A stretch of DNA of 64,000 nucleotides. Origin: an uncultured Planctomycetota bacterium. Lineage in GTDB: Bacteria; Planctomycetota; Planctomycetia; Gemmatales; Gemmataceae. Of this stretch, positions 23,508 to 33,092 are shown piece by piece. Under the pieces are notes generated by a model. The model ran no database searches and had not been told where the DNA came from. It worked only from the letters and a program-made list of their open reading frames with translations. Each line of letters begins with the position of its first letter. Within the stretch, counting starts at the first letter, position 1. The translations under genes and the position numbers were made by a program. The stretch covers positions 768,001 through 832,000 of the forward strand of contig CAWKHF010000005.1 of assembly GCA_963849325.1 (NCBI GenBank), in the 5' to 3' direction.

Positions 23508-23535
23508 AGAACTTCGATTCGGCCAACCCTCCCGC

Positions 23536-24570
23536 TCAGGTGCCTTCGACCTCCTTCTGGGTCATGCCGTGCTGAATGCGGTGGTAAGGCCCGTCGAACA
23601 ATTGCGTCGATTTGAAGCGTTCGTGCCGGCCGTCGCCGGCGACCGCCTTGACCTTGTCGCGCAGGCGATTCAGTTCTTCCTCGCTCAGCGGCTTGAAATG
23701 GCGGGCGATGGCCAGGTCCTGCTTGAGCACCTCCATCGAATCGATGCCGCAGACCAGGCTGGCGATGTTCTGACTGAGGGAGTAGGTGCGGGCCTCCTCG
23801 ACGGTGCAGACCTTGGAGACGACGAGACGGCCCTGATGGTCGTGGCCGCCGCCCAGTCCCTTCATGCCGATGACGCCGACGCCGCGTTTGTTCGCCTCCG
23901 GCACGACCTGGCGCTGGAAACTGCGATAGTGGTAGTCGCAGATGTTGATGGGCATCTGCACGGTGTCCCACGCATGGCGCTGGAGCATCTTCAGATGGAT
24001 GCGCGGATCCTTGTGGCCGGTGAAGCCGATGAAGCGAACCTTGCCGTCCTTCTGCGCCTTGAGCACCTCGGCCAGGCAGCCGCGCTCGATGATCCAGTCG
24101 GGATCGTTGTCATAATTGATTTCGTGGAACTGCATGAGGTCGATGTGGTCGGTGCGCAGGCGGCGCAGGCTGTCCTCGATGTGCTGTCGAACCGTCTTGG
24201 CGTCGCGGCCGCAGTTCTTGGTCATGAGGAAGCACTGCTTGCGTTTGCCGTCCATCGACAGCGCCTTGCCCATGATCTCTTCACTGCCGCCGTCGTGGTA
24301 ATCCCAGGCATTGTCGAAGAAGTTCAATCCTTCATCGAGGGCGGTGTGCATGATGCGAATGGCTTCCTTCTCGTCCTTGACGGCGCCGACGTGCCAGCCG
24401 CCCAGGCAGATGATGGAGATGCGGACGCCGGTCTTGCCCAGCGGCCGGGTCGGCAGTCCCTTGGCGGAGGCGTCGTCGGCGGCCTCGGCGCCGGCGGCGA
24501 GGCTCGGCGCCGCGCCGGCGGCGAGCGAGGTTTGCAGGAATTCCCGACGATTGCTGGATGCGTCACTCAT
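23536..24570 (-). CDS. Aldo/keto reductase with Tat signal
   Basis: NRREFL, RPLGKTG, FFDNAWDY, SLRRLRTDHIDL, GKVRFIGFTGH. Confidence 0.92.
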   Translation of the reverse strand: MSDASSNRREFLQTSLAAGAAPSLAAGAEAADDASAKGLPTRPLGKTGVRISIICLGGWHVGAVKDEKEAIRIMHTALDEGLNFFDNAWDYHDGGSEEIMGKALSMDGKRKQCFLMTKNCGRDAKTVRQHIEDSLRRLRTDHIDLMQFHEINYDNDPDWIIERGCLAEVLKAQKDGKVRFIGFTGHKDPRIHLKMLQRHAWDTVQMPINICDYHYRSFQRQVVPEANKRGVGVIGMKGLGGGHDHQGRLVVSKVCTVEEARTYSLSQNIASLVCGIDSMEVLKQDLAIARHFKPLSEEELNRLRDKVKAVAGDGRHERFKSTQLFDGPYHRIQHGMTQKEVEGT

Positions 24571-24582
24571 GGCATTCACCTC

Positions 24583-24646
24583 AGTTCTGAGTTCTGAGTT
24601 CTGAGTTCTGAGTTCTGAGTGAAAACCGAACTCGGAACTCAGAACT
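24583..24646. repeat. Heptamer tandem repeat (AGTTCTG)x5 with degenerate inverted partner
   Basis: Seen directly. Confidence 0.85.
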
Positions 24647-24707
24647 TATTGTCTTCCGGCGGCGGGACGATGGCAACTCCTTCGGAGGCGTGCCAGAAGG
24701 ACTTCCC

Positions 24708-24773
24708 CGTTTAGCCGCGACGCGCAGCGGAGCGCGGGACTGCCGCGCTCCGCTGCGCAGTCGCGGCTAAACG
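24708..24773. repeat. REP-like palindrome family A, copy 4
   Basis: Same arms as other copies. Confidence 0.9.
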
Positions 24774-24785
24774 AATTTTTGGTCT

Positions 24786-24814
24786 TTTTCCGTGTTTTCC
24801 GTGTTTTCCGTGGT
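24786..24814. repeat. 9-mer tandem repeat (TTTTCCGTG)x3
   Basis: Seen directly. Confidence 0.75.
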
Positions 24815-24927
24815 GAATGGTTTTTCCTCGAAGCGGGGCGTCCTTGAAACCGTGGTGCCGTCGTGTCATACTGCCATAAGATGGTCTTAGCTCCAGGATG
24901 CGACGACCCTTTAACTCCGGCGTAACC

Positions 24928-26947
24928 ATGTCCGCAGGCACGACAGCGTATCTCGTGGTCCGTCGCGACGATGGCTTCGGGGACGTGTTCCCGCTCGTCG
25001 CCGGCCAGACCTACACCATGGGCCGGGCCACGACCAACCGCATCGTCCTCAAAGACGACCTGTGCAGCCGCGAACACGCCGAGGTCAGCTACAGTGGCGG
25101 CCGTTGGCGCGTCCGCGACCTCAACAGCCTCAACGGCACGCGCGTCAACAACGTCCGCCTCGACGGCGAATGGGAGCTGACGCCGCACGACGACGTGTAC
25201 CTGGGCCGCACCCATCTGCTGTTCGTCGAGGACATGAACCAGCTGCCGGACGTGCCGCACGACAAGACGAGGAGCCGGAAGCGGAAGGCGTGTCCATCCG
25301 CAAACGCCTGGGGCAGACGCGCTTTCTGACGCCGCAGCCGCCGATCGAGGCGGCGTCCGACAGCGACACCACGGCCGGTCCCATGTCGCGGCACGCGCTC
25401 AGCCGCGACTTGTCGCTGCTGTATCGGCTGGCCCTGGACATGGGTTCGGCCGGCAGCTACGAGGAGCTGTGCCGCATCGTCCTGGACGCTCTGCTGGAGG
25501 CGATCCCCGCCGAGGTCGGCGCCATCCTGTCGGTGGCCCGCGATGGTGACGGCGGCCGTGGTGGTCCGCCGGCCGGCGTCCGCGTCAGTCCCGCCGACGC
25601 CGGCAAGTCGCTGCGCGGCCTGGAGCTGGAGGTGACCGCCCATCGTCACCGCGACCCCAGCCTGCACGACTACCAGCGCGTCTCCGAGTACGTCAGCAAC
25701 GAGGTGCTGGCCAGCCGCGAGGCCATCCTCGCCGAGGACGTGGCCCGCGATCGCTACCTGCGCAACCGCGAAAGCCTCAACGACATGGGGGCCACCAGCC
25801 TCATCTGCGCTCCCATTGTCTTCGGCGACCGCGTGCTCGGGCTGATCCACCTGTACTGCACCGACCCGCACAAGGCGCTGGACGCCGAGGACCTGGAGTT
25901 CGCCGTCGCCGTCGCCAAGCAGCTGGGCGGCGTCATCCAGCAAATGCAGCGGCAGGTGTCGCTTGACCGCCGAGAACCGCTCGCTGCGCGAGCAGCTGCA
26001 CGTCGAGAGCGAGCTGATCGGCGAAAGCACGGTGATGAAGGAGATCGAGCAGCAGATCGCCCGCGTCGCCGGCACCAACGCCACCTGTCTGATTCGCGGC
26101 GAAAGCGGCTCCGGCAAGGAGCTGGTCGCCCGCGCCATCCACTACTCCAGCCCGCGCAAGGACGGGCCGTTCGTCTGCCTCAACTGCGCCGCGCTGACCG
26201 AGACGCTGCTGGAGAGCGAGCTGTTCGGCCACGAGAAAGGCTCGTTCACCGGGGCGACGGAGAAGAAGGTCGGCAAGTTCGAGGCCGCCAACCACGGCAC
26301 GATCTTCCTCGACGAGATCGGCGAGATGAACGTCGGCACGCAGGCCAAGCTGCTGCGCATCCTCGAAGGCCACCCCTTCGAGCGTGTCGGCGGCAGCGTG
26401 CCGATCCGCGTGGACGTGCGCGTGGTGTCGGCGACGAATCAGCCGCTGGAGCAGGCCATCCAGGAGGGCCGTTTCCGCCGCGATCTGTTCTTCCGCCTGC
26501 AGGTGGTCGAGATCCGCGTGCCGCCGCTGCGCGAGCGCAAGAGCGACGTGCCGATCCTGGCCGAGCATTTCCTGCGTCGCTTCGTCCGCGAGACCGGCCG
26601 CAAGATCCGCGGCTTCACGCCGGCGGCGCTGCGGAAGATGGAGGAGTACAACTGGCCCGGCAACGTCCGCGAGCTGCGCAACGTCGTCGAGCGCGCCGTC
26701 GCCCTGGGCACGGGGCCGCTGCTGGACGTCAATGACATCTGGCTGTCATCGCTGGAAATCAGCGGCTTGGCGCCGCCGAGCGCGCGAGGCGGTCTATCGG
26801 CCGGTGTCGCTGGAAGAAGTCGAGAAGGAGCACATCCTGAAGACGTTGACCTACACCGACTGGAACAAGAGCCAGGCGGCCACCATCCTCAACATCGAGC
26901 GCTCGACGCTGGATCGCAAGATCAAGAGCCACGGACTGAAGCGCTAA
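24928..26947 (+). CDS. FHA-GAF-sigma54 transcriptional activator (frameshifted)
   Basis: [59 protein letters not shown]-terminal Fis HTH. Confidence 0.92.
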
Positions 26948-27023
26948 GCCGCAAGCGGCGCAGACAGCCCGCGCGCGGCATGGTATCCTGTCGCGCCGAG
27001 GAGAGTTGTTTCAGGAGGTCGCC

Positions 27024-27606
27024 ATGGATTGGCTGCTGATCGCCACGGGCTTCACCGGAGCATTGACCCTGATCTACCTGCTACGGACGGCGTACCACGC
27101 CTGGTACACGCCGCCGTCGCTGGAGGCGCACTTCTCGCCCAAGGGCGGCTGCACCGACGCCATCGTCCGCGAGTTGCAGCACGCCCGGCACGAGGTGCTC
27201 GTGCTGGCGTATTCGTTCACGTCGAAGGCCATCGCCCAGGCGCTGGTCGATGCCAAGCTTCGCGGCGTCCATGTCGAGATCGTGCTCGACCACAGTAGCG
27301 AGCACGAAGTTTACTCGGACCTGCACTTCTTCCTGGAGCAGGGCTTGGCGCCGCTGATCGACCCGCACCACGCCATCGCACACAACAAGGTCATGATTCT
27401 CGACAACCGCACATTGCTGACCGGCAGCTTCAACTTCACGCAGCACGCCGAGAACGAGAACGCCGAGAACCTGCTGGTCATCAAGGGCCATCCCGAACTG
27501 GTGCGGACGTACAAGGACAACTTCCACGCGCACAAGTCTCACGCCGCGCCCGCCCGAGGTCAAGGTCGCGCCTGCCGCGGCCGGCGCCGGCAAACGCGCG
27601 GCGTGA
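27024..27606 (+). CDS. Phospholipase D family (Nuc-like) protein; end inferred across a frameshift
   Basis: [35 protein letters not shown]. Confidence 0.88.
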
Positions 27607-27613
27607 GCAATCG

Positions 27614-27671
27614 GTTAGCCGCGACGCGCAGCGGAGCGCGTCGCGCGCTCCGCTGCGCGTCGCGGCTAAAC
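27614..27671. repeat. REP-like palindrome family A, copy 5
   Basis: Between convergent genes. Confidence 0.9.
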
Positions 27672-27674
27672 AAC

Positions 27675-27953
27675 TCACCCTTTTCGGGGCAGGGAACATT
27701 CCGGCCGCGCCTCGTGGATGGCTCGCAGCTCGCGGAGATGGTCTTCGATCGTCGCCAACCGCTGCGCCGCGGCAAGGCCATCGTAATGGCGCCCCAGCAG
27801 AACGTGCAACTGCCGTTCGAGGCGCTCCTGACGCTGGCGCAGCTCGGTCAGTTCCGCGTGGACCTGGACGAGCAGGATGCGCGTGGCCAGGCGGCGCAGC
27901 CAGCGCACCAGGCGGCGTCCGCTCCGCACCAGGGTGTATTCCGGGTTTGTCAT
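27675..27953 (-). CDS. Small coiled-coil hypothetical protein
   Basis: GGAG RBS before ATG; follows glycosyltransferase. Confidence 0.6.
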   Translation of the reverse strand: MTNPEYTLVRSGRRLVRWLRRLATRILLVQVHAELTELRQRQERLERQLHVLLGRHYDGLAAAQRLATIEDHLRELRAIHEARPECSLPRKG

Positions 27954-27964
27954 GCCTGTCTCCT

Positions 27965-29239
27965 TCAGGCCGCCAGCCATTCCTCGATCATCACTTGCGT
28001 CAACTTCTCGCCGAGCAGCGCCAGGTGATAAACCTGCGCCGCGTCGCCGGCCGCCGACCGATGCTGCCGCGCCGCCCCGCTCAGGGCACGCTCGATGCGC
28101 GGCAGCACCCGGCGGATGTGGAAATCCCTCCAGACGACGTCGGCAACGCGCCGGCCGATGGGGGCCAACTCGATACGGCCGTCGAGGATGTCGCCCAGGA
28201 CGTCGGCCAGCGCCGCGGCGCTGCGCTCGATCTTCCAGCAGTGGACGGCATGCACCAGCCATTCGCCGTTGCCGCAGTTATTCGTGAGGACCGGAACGCA
28301 TCCCGCCGCCGCCGCCTCCAGCGGGGCGAAGGCGCACGGCTCGCGCTCCCAGGTCGGAAAGGCAAAGACGTCGTAATCCCGGTACAGCGTCGCCAGCTCG
28401 CGCTGATCGCGCAATCCCTGGAGGCGGACGCAAGCGCCAAGGTCGTGCCGCTGGAGGAGGGATGGGTAGGTATCATCCATCACCTTGCCGTAGAGGTCGA
28501 GGACGAAGTTCGTTCGGCCGCGCCGGCGCAGCCGATGCGCGGCCTCGATTAGTAGGTCGGTCCCCTTGGGTGGACAGAGATGGCCCGCCGCCGACGCCAC
28601 GCGCAAGACGCCGCCCTCGAAGAAGCGTGTCCGCGGCGGCGGCTCGACGCCCTCGACCCAGTTGGGCACCAGTTCGACGGTCCCATTTAAGAGATTATCG
28701 GGATCGTCAATTTCCTCGACGACACGCCGGCTGCACGCCAGATAGACGCCCTCCAGGTGGGGCCGCACGATGGCGGCCAGCGGCGTCCGCGCCGCCGCGA
28801 GCGGCAGCCGGCACAGGTCGCGCGGCGTTTGGTCCATGAGGTGCCACACCCACGGCACGCCGAGATGTTGCAGACAGGCCATCAAACCGAGACCGCCCAG
28901 GCCGACGAGGTTCCAGACGTAGACCACGTCCGGCCGGAAGGAATCGAGCGTCTGAAGCAGGGCGTGGACGTTGAAGGCGTTGACGAAGCAGGCGGCGGCG
29001 TGGCGCAATCCCAGCGTGACAACGTGGTGCTTGCCCTGCAAGTAGGGGTTATAGACATCGGTCAGTTGCAGCGCTCGCCGAACGTGCGGCTCGGGGGGCA
29101 CCGGCAAGCGCGGCGCCGACGTCAGGACGAGTACGTCATGTCCGACAGCGGCCAGTGCGTCTACCGCCTGCCGGCAGCCGAGTTCGTAACCGCCGAAGAA
29201 GTCCGGCGGATAGAGATTGCTGAGGACAAGAATCCTCAT
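27965..29239 (-). CDS. Glycosyltransferase family 4 (GT-B)
   Basis: MRILVLSNLYPP..GGYE; FPTWEREPCAFAPLEAAAAG. Confidence 0.9.
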   Translation of the reverse strand: MRILVLSNLYPPDFFGGYELGCRQAVDALAAVGHDVLVLTSAPRLPVPPEPHVRRALQLTDVYNPYLQGKHHVVTLGLRHAAACFVNAFNVHALLQTLDSFRPDVVYVWNLVGLGGLGLMACLQHLGVPWVWHLMDQTPRDLCRLPLAAARTPLAAIVRPHLEGVYLACSRRVVEEIDDPDNLLNGTVELVPNWVEGVEPPPRTRFFEGGVLRVASAAGHLCPPKGTDLLIEAAHRLRRRGRTNFVLDLYGKVMDDTYPSLLQRHDLGACVRLQGLRDQRELATLYRDYDVFAFPTWEREPCAFAPLEAAAAGCVPVLTNNCGNGEWLVHAVHCWKIERSAAALADVLGDILDGRIELAPIGRRVADVVWRDFHIRRVLPRIERALSGAARQHRSAAGDAAQVYHLALLGEKLTQVMIEEWLAA

Positions 29240-29757
29240 GCGGCTTCCTCCGCCGCGCCGGACAGACGCTGGTAGAGGCGCGCCAACCGCAGGCCGTCCT
29301 CCGCTGGATCGCCCAGTTCGACGACGCAGTCCGCCAGGGACAGAAAATCGACGGACTCGCCCAGTCGGCTGCCCGAGCCGCCGTGCGTGCTGAGGCATAC
29401 GGGCTTGCGATGCAGCTTGGCGAGCAGCAGGCCCATCTCGCCGGTGCGCGTGTTGGCCTGGTGGATGTGTACCACGTCCGCCTGTGCCAGCACGAGCGGC
29501 AGGTCCCACGACAGCACGTCGAGCGGATGGCCGTCGCGGTAGGCGATCGGCAGGACGCGCAGCCGCACGCCAGGGGCCAGGTCATGCTCGCGTCCAGCGG
29601 GACCGAAGGCGATCAATTCGACCGCACACGTTCGTCCGCTCTCCTCGACGACACGGCGCGCGAGGTCCAGCAGCAGCCCCATGTCCGCCCCCCGCGCCGA
29701 GCGGTCATCCACGTAGAGGGGCGATAGGTATGCGACGGTCGTGCTCATGGCCGACAT
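29236..29757 (-). CDS. Short protein resembling a GT-B N-terminal domain
   Basis: VAYLSPLY..ADVVHIHQ..KPVCLSTHG; ATGA overlap with GT gene. Confidence 0.6.
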   Translation of the reverse strand: MSAMSTTVAYLSPLYVDDRSARGADMGLLLDLARRVVEESGRTCAVELIAFGPAGREHDLAPGVRLRVLPIAYRDGHPLDVLSWDLPLVLAQADVVHIHQANTRTGEMGLLLAKLHRKPVCLSTHGGSGSRLGESVDFLSLADCVVELGDPAEDGLRLARLYQRLSGAAEEAA

Positions 29758-29910
29758 CCTTGCTCGTCGAACGAACGTCCGAGGTTGGCAAGATAGTATG
29801 GCGTCGGCGGCTTTTGCTGTCCAGGGTAAAGAGGGGACAAACGCCGAGCGCGAAAAGGCGGAATGCTCTTGCGGGACGCCGGCGCGCTCCGATAGAATCG
29901 GGCTAATCGC

Positions 29911-29981
29911 GCGGGATTGGCATATCGGCTGTGCACAGCCTTCCCAAGGCTGCTAGACGGGTTCGACTCCCGTATCCCGCT
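29911..29981 (+). tRNA. tRNA-Gly (CCC)
   Basis: Acceptor GCGGGAT/ATCCCGC, anticodon arm CAGCC-TTCCCAA-GGCTG, TTCGA T-loop; CCA not encoded. Confidence 0.95.
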
Positions 29982-30015
29982 CTCCCCTTTCTGTCGCAAT
30001 CTTGCTCAATCGCAA

Positions 30016-30083
30016 TCCTCGTTTAGCCGCGACGCGCAGCGGAGCGCGGAAATTCCGCGCTCCGCTGCGCGGCTAAACGAGGA
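30016..30083. repeat. REP-like palindrome family A, copy 6 (short deletion in right arm)
   Basis: Supplies the stop codon of the UDG gene. Confidence 0.88.
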
Positions 30084-30753
30084 AGCGGCGAGCGCGGGCG
30101 AAGATGTCGTCGAGCATGGACTCCGTGAGTCGGCCGGTGAAGGTGTTTTGCTGGCTGGGGTGATAACAGCCGAGCAGCGTCCACGGGCCAATCACCGCCT
30201 CGGCGCCATGGCCGAAGCGCGGCCGGGGACGCACCGTCTCGCCGAGGACCGACAGGGCGCGGAGAAAGCCGTCCCAGGCGAAGCCTCCCAGGCAGACGAT
30301 ACAGCGCAGACGGCGCAGCAGGCGCAGCTCGCGGACCAGGAAAGGCTGGCAGTTGTCGCGCTCCGCCGGCGTGGGGCGGTTGTCGGGAGGACAGCAGTGG
30401 ACGCAGGCGGTGATGTAGCAGTCGGTCAGACGCAGGCCATCGCCGCGATGGGTGGAAGTGGGTTGGTTGGCGAAGCCGGCGCGGTGCAGGGCGGCGAACA
30501 GCCAATCGCCGGAGCGATCGCCGGTGAAGACGCGGCCGGTGCGATTGCCGCCGTGCGCCGCCGGGGCCAGGCCACAGATGAGGAGACGGGCTTGCCCATC
30601 GCCGAAGCTCGGCACGGGCCGGCCCCAGTAGGTCTCCGCACGGAAGGCGGCACGCTTTTCGCACGCCACTTGCTCACGCCAACGCACCAGGCGCGGACAG
30701 GCGCGGCAGGCGACGATCTCGGCCTGCACTTGCCCCAGGCCCCTCCGCGGCAT
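30073..30753 (-). CDS. Uracil-DNA glycosylase family 5
   Basis: [37 protein letters not shown]. Confidence 0.93.
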   Translation of the reverse strand: MPRRGLGQVQAEIVACRACPRLVRWREQVACEKRAAFRAETYWGRPVPSFGDGQARLLICGLAPAAHGGNRTGRVFTGDRSGDWLFAALHRAGFANQPTSTHRGDGLRLTDCYITACVHCCPPDNRPTPAERDNCQPFLVRELRLLRRLRCIVCLGGFAWDGFLRALSVLGETVRPRPRFGHGAEAVIGPWTLLGCYHPSQQNTFTGRLTESMLDDIFARARRFLV

Positions 30754-30819
30754 CGTGCGTCTCCGAGACCCACAGCGCCGGCGCGGCCCATCCGCGCCGG
30801 TCTCCCGGGCCTCTTCATG

Positions 30820-31077
30820 TTATGGGGCCGGCACCGGCGGCGGCAACGGCACCCCTCCGCCGCCGCCCGGCACGGCGGCGGCCGCCGCCGCTTCCTGAGA
30901 CGCCAGCTCCCGCGGCAGGGGGAAGGGTGGCGAAGGAGGGATATACTGCGGCGGATGGTTCAGATAGTGGCCCGACCACAAGGTCATGCCCGACGTCCAG
31001 GTCTGGCAGCCGCTTAGCATCAGCAGGGCAAAGCCCAGGCCGGCCACGAGGCTCGGCCGGCGTCGTCTGGTCTTCAT
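30820..31077 (-). CDS. Small proline-rich lipoprotein
   Basis: Signal peptide with LSGC lipobox. Confidence 0.7.
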   Translation of the reverse strand: MKTRRRRPSLVAGLGFALLMLSGCQTWTSGMTLWSGHYLNHPPQYIPPSPPFPLPRELASQEAAAAAAVPGGGGGVPLPPPVPAP

Positions 31078-31311
31078 GGCGAGGATACTCCCTCTGGCGG
31101 GCCGATCGCCCGAATGAAAGGGTGCCGATTCCGAGGCGGCATCTGGACCTTTTTATCGGACGGGAACAAACTCGGAATTTACTGGATTTGCGGAAGAAAT
31201 CGATCAAGATAGACCCGTCGGAACGCACATCGACACGCGGAAGCCAGGCCGGAAGCCAGCCGGGGCGCGGCAAGGTGGTTGCGATTCATTCGGCATCCGA
31301 GGAGAACAGGC

Positions 31312-32061
31312 GTGTCCAACACTCGATCGCTTCGTGACGGCGCGTCGCTGCCATTGATTTTACGCTGGGGCGAGTCGAACCAACCGCTACCGTGGCGCGC
31401 CGTGCGTCTGCCGCCGCGAGCGCGACGGCAGACGACGGGCCTGGAAGCACCGCCCTGGCTGTCCACCGGGCCGGCCGAGCAACCGTTCGATTTCTGCGGC
31501 CACGTTCGCGCCCTGTGCGCCGACATCATCCACCACTGCCCGGAGCTGCGCCACATCGACGTATCGCGGTTGCTGTTCGCCATGACGCAGGCGCGGAGCG
31601 GCCGACGGCACGGCTTGCAGGCGCGCGTCACGCCGCTGCGCTTCCGTCACGGCCGACTGACGCGCCTGCGCCGCGGCGGCGGCTTGTACCAGGTGCAGCG
31701 CTACTTCGTCGCCGGCCGCGAGATGCTCTACCTGGTGACGTTCTGTCTGCCGCGCTTTCTCGATCAGGATTTCGACGACAAGTTCATCACGCTGTTCCAC
31801 GAGTTGTACCACATCAGCCCGAACTTCGAGGGCGACCTGCGCCGCCACGACGGCCGCTGCGCCCTGCACACGCGCAGCAAGCGCCTGTACGATGCCCACA
31901 TGGCCGACCTGGCCCGCGCCTACCTGTCCAACGGCACCGACCGTTCGCTGCACGCCTTTCTGCGGCTGAACTTCGCGCAGTTGCAGCACCGCCACGGCAA
32001 CGTCGTCGGCGTCGTCGTGCCGCGGCCGCGCTTGCTGCCAGTGCCCGAACCCATCGTTTAA
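31312..32061 (+). CDS. Putative metallopeptidase
   Basis: TLFHELYH (HExxH). Confidence 0.75.
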   Translation: MSNTRSLRDGASLPLILRWGESNQPLPWRAVRLPPRARRQTTGLEAPPWLSTGPAEQPFDFCGHVRALCADIIHHCPELRHIDVSRLLFAMTQARSGRRHGLQARVTPLRFRHGRLTRLRRGGGLYQVQRYFVAGREMLYLVTFCLPRFLDQDFDDKFITLFHELYHISPNFEGDLRRHDGRCALHTRSKRLYDAHMADLARAYLSNGTDRSLHAFLRLNFAQLQHRHGNVVGVVVPRPRLLPVPEPIV

Positions 32062-32098
32062 CCGCCACCCTTTCCCCTGCCACGGGAGACCCCTTCGT

Positions 32099-32989
32099 TT
32101 GATCGAACCCGCAGCCAGTCCGGCGTTCGCACGGCGGACCTACACGACAGGCGACGGCTACCGCTGCCATTACCGCGACTACCCCACGGCGGGGACGCCG
32201 CGCGGCCAGGTCGTGTTCGTCCACGGCATCCAGAGCCACGCCGGCTGGTACGAGCATTCCTGTCGGCGACTCAGCGCGGCCGGCTTCGCCGTGTCGTTTC
32301 TCGACCGTCGCGGCTCGGGCGAGAACGCCGAGGCGCGCGGCGACACACCGAGCTTCCGCCGCTTGCTCGACGACATAGCCGAGTTCCTGCGACCATTGCG
32401 GCGAGACCAGACATTGCCGATTTTCCTCGCCGGCATCTCCTGGGGCGGCAAACCCGTCGTCGCCTTGCAGCGCCGCCATCCGGGCCTGGTGGATGGACTC
32501 GCCCTGCTCTGTCCCGGCTTCCGCCCTCAAGTGGGACCGAAACGCAAGGAACGCCTCGCCATTCTGTGGTCACGTCTGACGGCGCCGCGCCGCTTGTTTC
32601 CGGTGCCGCTCAGCGATCCGCAGCTATTCACCGCCACGCCGCGCTGGCAGCAGTTCATCCGCGAGGACCCTCTTTCACTTCGCCAGGCCACGGCCCGCTT
32701 CTTCGTCGAGAGTGTTCGCCTCGACCTCTACCTGCGCTTCGCCGTCGCGCGTGTCAACGTGCCGGTCCTGCTCCTGCTCGCCGAGCACGATCGCATCATC
32801 GACAACGCCCGCACCCGCGCCTTCGTCGAAGGCATACCCGCGGCGGACAAGGAAGTGCATGAGTACGCCGGCGCCCACCACACTCTGGAGTTCGAGGCCG
32901 ACCCCGAACCCTTCCTCGCCGACCTTCTTGCCTGGCTCGACCGTCAGGTGCTTCAACATACAACAGGGATTGCTAAGGTTTCGACGTGA
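32099..32989 (+). CDS. Lysophospholipase-like alpha/beta hydrolase
   Basis: VHGIQSH, DRRGSG, GISWGG, HHTLEFE. Confidence 0.9.
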   Translation: MIEPAASPAFARRTYTTGDGYRCHYRDYPTAGTPRGQVVFVHGIQSHAGWYEHSCRRLSAAGFAVSFLDRRGSGENAEARGDTPSFRRLLDDIAEFLRPLRRDQTLPIFLAGISWGGKPVVALQRRHPGLVDGLALLCPGFRPQVGPKRKERLAILWSRLTAPRRLFPVPLSDPQLFTATPRWQQFIREDPLSLRQATARFFVESVRLDLYLRFAVARVNVPVLLLLAEHDRIIDNARTRAFVEGIPAADKEVHEYAGAHHTLEFEADPEPFLADLLAWLDRQVLQHTTGIAKVST

Positions 32990-32990
32990 T

Positions 32991-33067
32991 TTCCCTACTA
33001 GCCCGGAGTACCGCCAGCGACGGGTGCGACGAACTTGTCGCTGTGCTTCATCCGGGCTAGTAGGGAA
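32991..33067. repeat. REP-like imperfect palindrome (TTCCCTACTAGCCCGGA...TCCGGGCTAGTAGGGAA)
   Basis: Perfect outer arms. Confidence 0.8.
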
Positions 33068-33092
33068 GCAGTTCCTCAACAGGGAATGGGCC

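Noticed and set aside
27006-28028. 340-aa PLD with long C-terminal extension, or a defence nuclease
   Set aside because: The extension runs through a REP and antisense to the next genes; context is ordinary core genome
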